Origin: a candidate division WWE3 bacterium RAAC2_WWE3_1
GTDB taxonomy: Bacteria; Patescibacteriota; WWE3; UBA101185; UBA10185
Assembly (NCBI GenBank): GCA_000503835.1
Contig: CP006914.1
Coordinates: 157,218 to 221,217 of the forward strand
Direction of reading: 5' to 3'
Length of the DNA stretch: 64,000 bases
Both the position numbers and the translations under genes were made by a program. Within the stretch, counting starts at the first letter, position 1, and each line of letters starts with the position of its first letter. The notes under the pieces are model-generated. The model was not told the origin of the DNA and ran no database searches. It was given only the letters and a program-made list of their open reading frames with translations. Shown in pieces: positions 39,327 to 47,566 of this stretch.

Positions 39327-40193
39327 ATGGAACTTTTAATTAGTGCATCATTTATAGCATCGTTCTTTGCGGGAATCGCAGCACTTTTTGCCCCCTGCTG
39401 TATCACTGTTCTCCTGCCGACTTATTTCGCTTCCATTTTTAAGCAGAAATCTACCGTGTTTTTGATGACCTTTGTTTATTTTCTCGGTATCCTGTCGATC
39501 TTTCTTCCTATCGGTCTCGGAGTTTCATTTCTCACCCAGCTTTTCAGCCAATACCATGACACCATTTTCCTCATCGGCGGAATATTTTTGATATTTCTGG
39601 GGATGACTTTACTTCTCGGACAACAAATGTCTTTACCTTTCAGCGTCCACCCGAAATTAAAAGGGCAGGATTTTGTGTCGGTTTATGTCTTAGGTGTATT
39701 TTCAGCCGTCGCAACCACCTGCTGCGCCCCCGTACTAGCAGGAGTCCTGACTTTGTCGGCGCTTCCCGGATCGGTGTTCTTAGGCGGAGTTTATACTCTT
39801 GCTTATGTACTGGGCATGGTCCTGCCTCTTTTCATTATCGCCTTTACTTTAGACAAGGTCGATTTTACTCAGAAGTTCGTTGCCTTTAGAAAGAGAATCT
39901 CTTACTCTGTGCTCGGTCAAAAGGTAAGTCTGACTTTTGCTAATCTATTCTCCGGGCTAATGTTCCTGGTTCTGGGCATTGTTATAATTTACCTTGCCAA
40001 GACAAGCCAGCTGACATCCCACTCCTCATACCAGGTTTCGTTGAATATATACCTGACAAAATTTATTAACGGGATAGGACGGTTTACGCAGGTTATTCCC
40101 GAGGCAGGATGGGCTGCCATTTTCATCCTTGTCACACTGTTCGTTACTTTTACTGCCATCAGACAATTTATAAATTTAAAGAAAAGGAAGTGA
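39327..40193 (+). CDS. CcdA/DsbD_2-like transmembrane protein with two MerT-like vicinal-Cys helices
   Basis: 8 predicted TM helices. FAPCCITVLLP and ATTCCAPVLAGVL lie in separate helices. Confidence 0.6.
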   Translation: MELLISASFIASFFAGIAALFAPCCITVLLPTYFASIFKQKSTVFLMTFVYFLGILSIFLPIGLGVSFLTQLFSQYHDTIFLIGGIFLIFLGMTLLLGQQMSLPFSVHPKLKGQDFVSVYVLGVFSAVATTCCAPVLAGVLTLSALPGSVFLGGVYTLAYVLGMVLPLFIIAFTLDKVDFTQKFVAFRKRISYSVLGQKVSLTFANLFSGLMFLVLGIVIIYLAKTSQLTSHSSYQVSLNIYLTKFINGIGRFTQVIPEAGWAAIFILVTLFVTFTAIRQFINLKKRK

Positions 40194-40199
40194 TTTTGA

Positions 40200-40865
40200 A
40201 TGAATAAAAACGGACTTATTGCAACTTTGGGCACCGGGCTGATTTTGGGTTTAGTTATACTTATAAGCAATTTTAATATTCGGATAGATGTAAATAGTAA
40301 CGATGGCCGGGAGCCTATCGGCAGACAGATGACACCGCAGGCACAGGATGACTCTATGGCGGGTCATCACGGAGGTGGCACACCGGCCGACGCCACTCTT
40401 TTTAACGACTTGGTCGGTAAAACGGCGCCTGACTTTACGTTGGAAAGCTACGATGGAAAAAAGATAACTCTTAGTGAGCTGAAGGGTCAGAACGTCATTC
40501 TTTTCTTTAATGAGGGCCTCATGTGCTACCCGGCCTGCTGGAACCAGATTTCTGCTTTCGGCAAGGATACTGCATTGCAAAGTAAGGCTGTGGTACTAAA
40601 CATCACGGTCGACCCCAAAAATAACTGGAAACAGGCCGTAAATAAAATGCCTGAACTTGCCGGTGCCACGGTACTTTTTGACAGCAGTAGGGAAGTCTCT
40701 AAGAAATACGGAGTTTTAACTCTGCCGTCATCAATGCACAAAGGTCAATTTCCGGGGCACAGCTATGTAATAATAGACAAAGAAGGAACAGTTAAATTTA
40801 TCAGGGACGATGTTTCTATGGCGGTAAGAAATGATGAGCTATCTGCGGAACTGGACAAGTTGTAA
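40200..40865 (+). CDS. Sco1/SenC- or redoxin-like thioredoxin-fold protein, paralog of 38730-39323, with His/Met-rich N-terminal segment
   Basis: About 60% identical to the upstream paralog over the folded domain, with the same LMCYPACW and SSMHKGQFPGH motifs. N-terminal segment DSMAGHHGGG. Confidence 0.65.
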   Translation: MNKNGLIATLGTGLILGLVILISNFNIRIDVNSNDGREPIGRQMTPQAQDDSMAGHHGGGTPADATLFNDLVGKTAPDFTLESYDGKKITLSELKGQNVILFFNEGLMCYPACWNQISAFGKDTALQSKAVVLNITVDPKNNWKQAVNKMPELAGATVLFDSSREVSKKYGVLTLPSSMHKGQFPGHSYVIIDKEGTVKFIRDDVSMAVRNDELSAELDKL

Positions 40866-40884
40866 TTTATAAGGAGGTGAAACT

Positions 40885-41094
40885 ATGGGTATTTTTAATA
40901 ACGTACAAAGTATCTTTAAAAAGACCGGTAGTGCAGTAAACTACGTTAAAGACCCGATCTGCGGTATGAAGGTTAATCTGGATAAGGCAGAATTCAAAAG
41001 TACATATGAAGGCAAAGAATATGGTTTCTGTTCTGCAAGCTGTAAGGTTGAGTTTGACAGTAATCCCGACCAGTATGCGCTTGCAGGCCGTTAA
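40885..41094 (+). CDS. YHS/TRASH-domain metal-binding protein
   Basis: DPICGMKV...GKEYGFCSASCKVEFDSNPDQY fits the YHS domain pattern. Shine-Dalgarno AGGAGG at 40872-40877. Confidence 0.8.
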   Translation: MGIFNNVQSIFKKTGSAVNYVKDPICGMKVNLDKAEFKSTYEGKEYGFCSASCKVEFDSNPDQYALAGR

Positions 41095-41137
41095 ATATTT
41101 TCGACCGTACGGATTTTGTTAATTCCATATTTGTTTA

Positions 41138-41166
41138 TTGACAGTAGTTGTGCAGACTGATATATT
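41138..41166 (+). promoter_or_regulatory. Sigma70-like promoter TTGACA-17-TATATT upstream of arsR-like gene
   Basis: TTGACA at 41138-41143, a 17-nt spacer, and TATATT at 41161-41166. Short direct repeat TATTTC-GA-TATTTC downstream (41174-41187). Confidence 0.5.
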
Positions 41167-41195
41167 ATTGAAGTATTTCGATATTTCAATAAACT

Positions 41196-41468
41196 ATGTC
41201 AAAGAATACCTTAAAAGTTTTTAAAGCATTGGCAAACAGAACCAGGATAAAAATACTCAAAAAGCTGGTAGATGACGAGGAACTGTCCTGTCAGGAACTG
41301 ATGAAACATTTTCCATTATCACAGCCCACTCTTTCACACCACTTCGGCAAATTAATAGAAGGCGGAATTTTACGTGTAAAGAAGGACGGTGTCAGCCACT
41401 ATTATAGTGTCAATAAAACCTATCTTGCAGGCCTCGGCGTGGATATCGAAAAGATAACAAAGTTGTAA
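41196..41468 (+). CDS. ArsR/SmtB-family metalloregulatory transcriptional repressor
   Basis: LANRTRIKILKKL...ELSCQEL...LSQPTLSHHFGKLIEGGIL matches the ArsR HTH signature. Confidence 0.85.
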   Translation: MSKNTLKVFKALANRTRIKILKKLVDDEELSCQELMKHFPLSQPTLSHHFGKLIEGGILRVKKDGVSHYYSVNKTYLAGLGVDIEKITKL

Positions 41469-41488
41469 TTTAAATTGGAGGTAAAAAT

Positions 41489-42109
41489 ATGGAAAGTAAT
41501 AATGAATTTGGAAATTTAAGCGCGAACGACAGGCTAGAAAGAACAGTTGCGGCGTTGCAGCAGAGCGGATTTACGGTGGAGACAGTAGAGACAGGTAGTG
41601 AAGCGAAAGAAAAAGTTTTGAGTATTCTTCCCGAAAAAGCAGAGGTTTTTACCATGGCATCTCAAACACTGGAACAAGTAGGTTTATCGGATGCTATCAA
41701 CACTTCAGGCAAATATGATTCTGTCCGAAATAAGCTCAACGCGATGGACAGGAATACGGAAGGTCGGGAGATGGCCAGGCTGGGAGCTGCCCCGGACTGG
41801 GTAGTTTCTTCGGTGCACGCAGTTACGGAAGACGGTCACCTATTAATTGCTTCTAATACAGGTAGCCAACTTTCAGCAGAAGCTTACTCCGGCGGTAAAG
41901 TGATTTTTGTGGCAGGTACCCAAAAAATTGTTAAGGATAACGCCGAAGGTTTAAGGAGAATCTACGAATATGTTCTCCCGCTGGAAGATGTACGGGCTCA
42001 AAAAGCTTATGGCATGCATAGCAACGTATCAAAGATTTTGATTATAAATAAGGAAATAGTGCCGGAAAGAATAATTGTTATTTTGGTTAAGGAGAAGCTG
42101 GGGTTTTAA
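41489..42109 (+). CDS. LUD-domain (LutC/YkgG-like) protein
   Basis: About 200 aa with a VTEDGHLLIASNTGSQL segment resembling the LUD/DUF162 core. Shine-Dalgarno GGAGG at 41477-41481. Confidence 0.5.
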   Translation: MESNNEFGNLSANDRLERTVAALQQSGFTVETVETGSEAKEKVLSILPEKAEVFTMASQTLEQVGLSDAINTSGKYDSVRNKLNAMDRNTEGREMARLGAAPDWVVSSVHAVTEDGHLLIASNTGSQLSAEAYSGGKVIFVAGTQKIVKDNAEGLRRIYEYVLPLEDVRAQKAYGMHSNVSKILIINKEIVPERIIVILVKEKLGF

Positions 42110-42215
42110 CGGAACGCATTGTTTTTGTTTGCGATGTTTTTCGCTCCGCCATTCTCATCCCTTACACCCTATAAATTTGCCCACCAACCCTACGGGCTGT
42201 TGGTCAAATTTCTGG

Positions 42216-42287
42216 AGCGGGTGACGGGATTCGAACCCGCGACCTTTTCCTTGGGAAGGAAACGCCATACCACTAGGCCACACCCGC
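42216..42287 (-). tRNA. tRNA-Gly (anticodon CCC)
   Basis: Reverse-complement GCGGGTG-TG-GCCT-AGTGGTA-TGGC-G-TTTCC-TTCCCAA-GGAAA-AGGTC-GCGGG-TTCGAAT-CCCGT-CACCCGC-T, close to E. coli tRNA-Gly(CCC). CCA encoded at 42213-42215. Confidence 0.85.
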
Positions 42288-42315
42288 GTGTCAAAGAGAT
42301 TATAGCAACAGAGTG

Positions 42316-42347
42316 CGATAAAAAACACCCTCAGCTATAAGGGTGTT
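42316..42347 (-). terminator. Rho-independent terminator for the LysM gene (minus strand)
   Basis: AACACCCT (42324-42331) / AGGGTGTT (42340-42347) 8-bp stem. The A-run 42318-42325 on + gives a U-tract after the stem on the minus strand. Confidence 0.55.
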
Positions 42348-42370
42348 CTTAAATTCAGGAAGGTAAAAAA

Positions 42371-42871
42371 TTAGGGAAGAACCAAAACCTGCCCCGGAAT
42401 AATCAAAGCCTGTTGTCCGTTAAGCAAAAAACCTATATCCGATTCGTTCGCGTCCAGTATTTTCGTCCACTGAGTACCGTCGCCGTAAGCACCCTCAGCA
42501 ATTTCCCATAAAGTATCTCCCGATTTAACGGTGTAGGTCGCCCCCCGTATATCGCCTTCCCGGTAATCTGTGGCAACCCACTCGGCTTTAATAAGGCCCT
42601 CGGCACCGCTCTTGGAAATAGTCCCTGCGACCGTGGGAGGTAAATTTTTGTCTGACGCTCCGCTCCCGTTCAGATCACCTTCAGTTTCTTCGCCTTCTGT
42701 ATCTACACCTTCGTTTTGAAAAACAATCTCTTCCTGAGTCTTACTTATCTCTTGAGAGCTTTTGCTGAAATAATTATAAGCTGCGAAAACCAATGCCACG
42801 ATAAACAAACCCCCTATAATCAATGCTAATCCGTCTCTTTCGCCGGTATTTTCCTTCGTGTTTGCTGACAT
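42371..42871 (-). CDS. Membrane-anchored LysM-domain protein
   Basis: N-terminal TM. C-terminal YTVKSGDTLWEIAEGAYGDGTQWTKILDAN is the LysM consensus. Confidence 0.75.
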   Translation of the reverse strand: MSANTKENTGERDGLALIIGGLFIVALVFAAYNYFSKSSQEISKTQEEIVFQNEGVDTEGEETEGDLNGSGASDKNLPPTVAGTISKSGAEGLIKAEWVATDYREGDIRGATYTVKSGDTLWEIAEGAYGDGTQWTKILDANESDIGFLLNGQQALIIPGQVLVLP

Positions 42872-42918
42872 TTATGAACCTCCTTCATACGGGGGCAGAA
42901 AATATATCTATACAATGG

Positions 42919-42992
42919 CGGGATCGACGGGACTCGAACCCGCGGCCTCCGCAGTGACAGTGCGGCGCTCTAACCGACTGAGCTACGACCCC
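42919..42992 (-). tRNA. tRNA-Asp (anticodon GUC)
   Basis: Reverse-complement GGGGTCG-TA-GCTC-AGTCGGTTA-GAGC-G-CCGCA-CTGTCAC-TGCGG-AGGCC-GCGGG-TTCGAGT-CCCGT-CGATCCC-G. The T-arm is identical to E. coli tRNA-Asp. CCA encoded at 42916-42918. Confidence 0.85.
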
Positions 42993-43127
42993 ATAATGCT
43001 GGTGTTATACTAGCAATTTGTTGTTATATGGTCAATAAAATGCCTTTTTAAAGGACGGTTTGTGTTTTTGTTAAAATGCCGACTTAGTGCTAGAATTGTC
43101 GAAAATCTTATGTCGAGGAGGGATACT

Positions 43128-43388
43128 ATGCCTAAAGTTACACTGAAGGAATTTGTTCGTCAGATGCGTGCGCAGAGCATACGGCAGATTAGCGTAGAAA
43201 GCTGTTCGGACACGCCCGGCGGTATTCACACACCCTCACGGGTCGAGGAGTATTCAATCGAGGACGATTCAATCAAAAATCTATCCTCGGAAATGATGGA
43301 AGAGATTTATGAGGGTATGCGGTTTCGCCGCTCTCAGGTTAGTCTTGTCCGTCAGGTCGGTGGCACCCTCGAAGTAAAGGTGGGATAA
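43128..43388 (+). CDS. Small hypothetical cytoplasmic protein
   Basis: ATG at 43128 is preceded by GAGGAGGG. The longer ORF-track start lacks a ribosome-binding site. Confidence 0.4.
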   Translation: MPKVTLKEFVRQMRAQSIRQISVESCSDTPGGIHTPSRVEEYSIEDDSIKNLSSEMMEEIYEGMRFRRSQVSLVRQVGGTLEVKVG

Positions 43389-43494
43389 TCTGAATCCGAT
43401 TCTCCCCGCTTAAGCGGCTCTCTGTTGTTTTTTATAGAACAATAACGGGAGCCGCTTTTTTACCTCCTTCACGGAACTTTGCTATTATTTACAT

Positions 43495-45252
43495 ATGAAC
43501 GCCAACCGCATTTCCAATAAAGAAGTCGTTTCAATGATGAAGGAAGTGTTGGCGGCAATGGATGTTAAGAATTTCAACGTTTTCAGAGTGAGAGCTTATC
43601 AAAACGCCATCGCAATCCTCGATAATCTGACGGTCTCAATTTACGACTTATGGGAAAACGGCAGGTTGAAGGAAATTCCGGGGGTAGGTGTAAGCATCTA
43701 CGCCCATTTAAATGAACTATTTTCAACAGGAAAAGTTAAAGAATTCGAGGCAATCAAAAAAGATCTTCCCGAGGGAATGTTTGCTCTTATCGGCATCCGC
43801 GGAATCGGTGCAAGAAAAGCATTTAAACTTGCTACCGCTTTCAAAATAAAAACGCGTGAGAGGGCGGTTGAAAGAATTAAAGAACACGCAGAAAAAGGCG
43901 AGGTACGAGAGCTTGAGGGTTTCGGCGAAAAATCAGAAAAGGACATACTCGAATCTATCGGTCAGTTCAAGATGACCAAGAACGAGAAACAGCGCGTACT
44001 CTACTCAAAAGCCGAAGAAACCGTGGGAAGAATTTACGATTATATGAAGGAACTGGACACCACCGGTCACATTGAGGCGGCAGGCTCTTTCCGCAGGAAG
44101 AACGCCACAATCGGGGATCTGGATATTCCCGTTGCTACCGTCGATCCCGACAAAACGATAAAGCACTTTTTACAGTTTCCTGAAATAGCGGAGACTTTGG
44201 TAAAAGGCGACAAAAAATGCAGTGTCGTCCTTAAAAATGATTTGCAGGTAGACCTAAGAGTTTCTACTCCCGAGGCGTACGGTGCTATGTTGCAGTACTT
44301 CACAGGTTCCAAACAGCACAACATCCTCCTACGCAACTTTGCCCTTTCCAAAAATATGTCTTTGTCCGAATACGGGATAAAAAAGGGAAGTGACACCCAT
44401 GAGTTTCCCGATGAACCATCCTTTTATAAATTTTTAGGACTGCCTTATATCGAACCCGAGCTTAGGAACGGTTCCAACGAGATCGAGGCTGCGATAGAAG
44501 ATAAACTTCCCGAACTTATCACACTAAAAGACATTAAAGGAGAAGTACACACACATACGACTGATTCGGACGGAGTGAGTACTTTGGAAGAGATGGTTGA
44601 GGCAGCTATCGCATTAGGTTATGAGTATCTGGGAATTTCCGATCACGCTCCCAGTGTTACATCGCGCGGATACAAAGAAGTATCGGACATTATAAAAAAG
44701 AAGCGGGCGGCGATAAATAAAATAAACGAAAAACAGAATTTTATTAAAATCTTTTTCGGGTACGAAGTTAATATTCTGGCCGACGCAACGTTGGGACTGC
44801 CCGACGATGTGTTATCGGAATTGGACTATGTTGTTGCATCTATCCACACTTCTTTTAACCAGGATCGGGAGCAGGTAACCGACAGACTTCTAGCGGCAAT
44901 AGAAAATCCGTACGTGAATATTATTGGTCACCCCTCGGGAAGGTTGCTAAACCAACGAGATCCGGTAGATCCTGCCTGGGACAAAGTGTTTTTAGCCGCC
45001 CGTGACAACAATAAAATACTCGAAATAAATTCACAGCCCGACCGTTTAGATCTTACCGACGACCTGGTAAAGGAGGCAATAAGCTGGAAGGTAAAGATGG
45101 TTATAAGCAGCGATGCCCACGCAACAGACCAGTTTTCGTACATGAGATATGGGATATTTAACGCCCGCCGGGGCTGGGCCGAAAAGAAAAATATTATGAA
45201 TACGCTCGGTTTTACTGACTTTATACGGGAAGCAGGAATACGTTTGAAGTGA
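43495..45252 (+). CDS. polX: DNA polymerase X family protein with C-terminal PHP phosphoesterase domain
   Basis: Helix-hairpin-helix motifs (IPGVGVSIYAHL, IRGIGARKAFKL), Pol beta-type nucleotidyltransferase GSFRRKNATIGDLDI, and PHP His motif VHTHTTDSDG. Confidence 0.88.
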   Translation: MNANRISNKEVVSMMKEVLAAMDVKNFNVFRVRAYQNAIAILDNLTVSIYDLWENGRLKEIPGVGVSIYAHLNELFSTGKVKEFEAIKKDLPEGMFALIGIRGIGARKAFKLATAFKIKTRERAVERIKEHAEKGEVRELEGFGEKSEKDILESIGQFKMTKNEKQRVLYSKAEETVGRIYDYMKELDTTGHIEAAGSFRRKNATIGDLDIPVATVDPDKTIKHFLQFPEIAETLVKGDKKCSVVLKNDLQVDLRVSTPEAYGAMLQYFTGSKQHNILLRNFALSKNMSLSEYGIKKGSDTHEFPDEPSFYKFLGLPYIEPELRNGSNEIEAAIEDKLPELITLKDIKGEVHTHTTDSDGVSTLEEMVEAAIALGYEYLGISDHAPSVTSRGYKEVSDIIKKKRAAINKINEKQNFIKIFFGYEVNILADATLGLPDDVLSELDYVVASIHTSFNQDREQVTDRLLAAIENPYVNIIGHPSGRLLNQRDPVDPAWDKVFLAARDNNKILEINSQPDRLDLTDDLVKEAISWKVKMVISSDAHATDQFSYMRYGIFNARRGWAEKKNIMNTLGFTDFIREAGIRLK

Positions 45253-45311
45253 ATTCCTTGGAAAAAGATATATAATAGCTTTAGTAATTTTGTTACCTAA
45301 GGAGGTGCACC

Positions 45312-45854
45312 ATGGAGATACTATTAGTTATCGTTGCGTTAGCCGCAATATTTTTAATCTCGATCTATAACTCTCTTGTAACATTGAAAGTTAAGATTAA
45401 GGAAGCCTGGAGCCAGATAGACGTACAGCTTAAAAGAAGGATCGACCTTATACCTAATTTGGTAGAGTCGGTTAAAGGTTACGCCGCTCACGAAAAAGAA
45501 GTGTTCGAAAATGTTACCAAAGCCCGCGCGGCCTTGATGACAGCAGGAGACGCGAAGGCTGCCGGAGAAGCTGATATGCAGTTAACTTCAGCTTTGAAAA
45601 GCCTTTTTGCCGTTGCTGAAGCCTATCCGGAACTAAAAGCCCAGGAAGGTTTTATAAACTTGCAGAAGGAACTTTCCGATACAGAAGATAAGGTCGCTTA
45701 CTCCAGACAATTCTTTAACAGTGTCGTAAGACAATACAACGAGAAGATTGTTGCCTTCCCTTCAAACCTGATCGCCGGAATGTTCGGATTCAAGCAAGAA
45801 GCGTTCTTTGAAGCAGAAGCGCAGGACAGAGAACCGGTTAAAGTTCAGTTCTAA
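45312..45854 (+). CDS. lemA: LemA-family protein
   Basis: N-terminal TM plus the conserved LemA core ([34 protein letters not shown]). Shine-Dalgarno GGAGG at 45301-45305. Confidence 0.85.
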   Translation: MEILLVIVALAAIFLISIYNSLVTLKVKIKEAWSQIDVQLKRRIDLIPNLVESVKGYAAHEKEVFENVTKARAALMTAGDAKAAGEADMQLTSALKSLFAVAEAYPELKAQEGFINLQKELSDTEDKVAYSRQFFNSVVRQYNEKIVAFPSNLIAGMFGFKQEAFFEAEAQDREPVKVQF

Positions 45855-46321
45855 TGGACAAGCACTCGTTAAAGATAAAGATTGCCGTTCTGGCTTATTT
45901 CGAAAAAGACGGCAAGGTTCTTTTACAGAAACGAAAGAACACCGGCTGGCGGGATGGTTGGTATGGGTTAGTAGCAGGGCATGTCGATGAAGGCGAACCT
46001 TACAAATTTGCACTGTGCCGCGAAATTAAAGAGGAAGCCGGGGTTGATGTTCTGGAAGCCGATTTGGAGTTCGGGCACTTTTTATCAATTCCGTCCAAGA
46101 TCTCTGACTGCGACCGGCAGTTTTTCTACTTCATAGTTAAAAAGTGGAAAGGCACGCCGACAAATACAGAACCCGAAAAATGTGACGGGATCGAGTGGTT
46201 CGATAAGAATTCATTACCGGAAAATTTGATACCTGTAGTGAAATACGGAATGGACAAAATGCTTACCGGAGAAAAATACAGCGAGTTTGGTTGGGAAGAA
46301 GGATACACAGAACGATCATGA
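45854..46321 (+). CDS. Nudix hydrolase
   Basis: Nudix box GHVDEGEPYKFALCREIKEEAGV (Gx5Ex7REuxEExGu). Confidence 0.85.
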   Translation: MDKHSLKIKIAVLAYFEKDGKVLLQKRKNTGWRDGWYGLVAGHVDEGEPYKFALCREIKEEAGVDVLEADLEFGHFLSIPSKISDCDRQFFYFIVKKWKGTPTNTEPEKCDGIEWFDKNSLPENLIPVVKYGMDKMLTGEKYSEFGWEEGYTERS

Positions 46322-47217
46322 ACATGTATCAGCATATAAATCAAAATAAGAGGGACACAGTCATTATTGTTGCCCTGTTTATTACCGTAGTTACGGCCAT
46401 AGGATGGTTTGTGGGCGAATATTTTTATGAAGGGTCCGGCGTGACATTTTTAGGCGGCGCTCTTATTTTCTCGGGAATTTCCGGACTTATTTCTTATTAC
46501 AATTCAGACAAAATAGTTTTGGGGATTTCCGGTGCCAAAGAAGTTATGTTTGAAGACAGTCCGGATCTTCACAAACTGGTAGAAAACATGAGTATAGCTT
46601 CAGGTATTCCCAAGCCAAGAATTTATATCATTCAGGACTCGTCTATGAACGCATTTGCAACCGGACGCGATCCCGAACATTCCGTCATTTGTTTTACAAC
46701 CGGAATTGTTCAGCGGCTTGAAAAAAGAGAACTCGAGGGGGTAATCGCACACGAAATGTCCCACATCGGAAATTATGATATACGACTTATGTCTATCGTG
46801 AGTATTTTAGTCGGAACCGTCATGCTTTTGTCTGATTGGTTCACAAGAGGGGTATTTTACGGAGGTTCGAGGAAAAGAAGTTCCGACTCGAACTCGGGCG
46901 GCAGTCTATTTTTCGTGATAGGTATGGTTTTACTTATATTAAGTCCGATAATTGCCACCTTGATAAAACTTGCTATTAGCAGGAACAGGGAATTTTTAGC
47001 TGACGCCACAGCTGTTTCTATCACCCGACATCCGAAAGGGCTGGCGGATGCTCTTATGAAGCTGGGCGCCGATCAGGAAGTTTTAGAAGCAGCGAACGGT
47101 GCTACAGCCCATCTTTACATCGTAAGTCCGGTGAAAACTTTGGGAAAAGCAGTGGAAGGTCTTTTTTCCACGCACCCGCCTATCGAAGAACGCATAAACC
47201 GTCTCCTGCAGATGTAA
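46318..47217 (+). CDS. htpX: HtpX-like M48 membrane zinc metalloprotease
   Basis: TM helices and HEMSH (HExxH). The start at 46318 forms an ATGA overlap with the Nudix stop. Confidence 0.85.
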   Translation: MNMYQHINQNKRDTVIIVALFITVVTAIGWFVGEYFYEGSGVTFLGGALIFSGISGLISYYNSDKIVLGISGAKEVMFEDSPDLHKLVENMSIASGIPKPRIYIIQDSSMNAFATGRDPEHSVICFTTGIVQRLEKRELEGVIAHEMSHIGNYDIRLMSIVSILVGTVMLLSDWFTRGVFYGGSRKRSSDSNSGGSLFFVIGMVLLILSPIIATLIKLAISRNREFLADATAVSITRHPKGLADALMKLGADQEVLEAANGATAHLYIVSPVKTLGKAVEGLFSTHPPIEERINRLLQM

Positions 47218-47266
47218 ACGCCCAAAAACCTTTTAATATCCACGAAAATGCTTTAATATAAACAAT

Positions 47267-47566
47267 ATGGACAGCAGGAAAATAACAATCGAAGAGGTCA
47301 AAAAAATCGCTCAAATGTCTAAACTTAATATTGAAGGCGATGAAGAAAAGTTTTCACAACTGTTATCACAAACCCTGGATTACATAAAAATATTAGACGA
47401 ACTTGATACTTCCGAAGTTAGTGAGACATTCCAAGTTACGGGTTTAACAAATGTTTATCAGGACGGTTCACAAAAAGTAACACTTTCGCGCGAAGACGCA
47501 CTAAAAAATGTAAAGGAAACGGCACGAAATCTCGTGGTTACCAAAGGAGTTTTCGATCGTGAGTAA
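47267..47566 (+). CDS. gatC: Asp/Glu-tRNA amidotransferase subunit C
   Basis: About 99 aa. ITIEEVKKIAQMSKLNI...LDYI..L.E.DTS matches the GatC pattern. Immediately upstream of gatA with a 8-nt overlap. Confidence 0.85.
   Translation: MDSRKITIEEVKKIAQMSKLNIEGDEEKFSQLLSQTLDYIKILDELDTSEVSETFQVTGLTNVYQDGSQKVTLSREDALKNVKETARNLVVTKGVFDRE

Noticed and set aside
41167-41195. ArsR operator
   Set aside because: Only a short direct repeat (TATTTC-GA-TATTTC) and a weak TTGAA...TTCAA inverted repeat were seen. Insufficient to call an operator.
32190-42287. Integrative mobile element (integrase, transposase or att repeats) for the tRNA-flanked island
   Set aside because: No tyrosine/serine recombinase or transposase ORF and no obvious direct repeat of a tRNA 3' end were found. 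The island is called accessory, not a confirmed mobile element.
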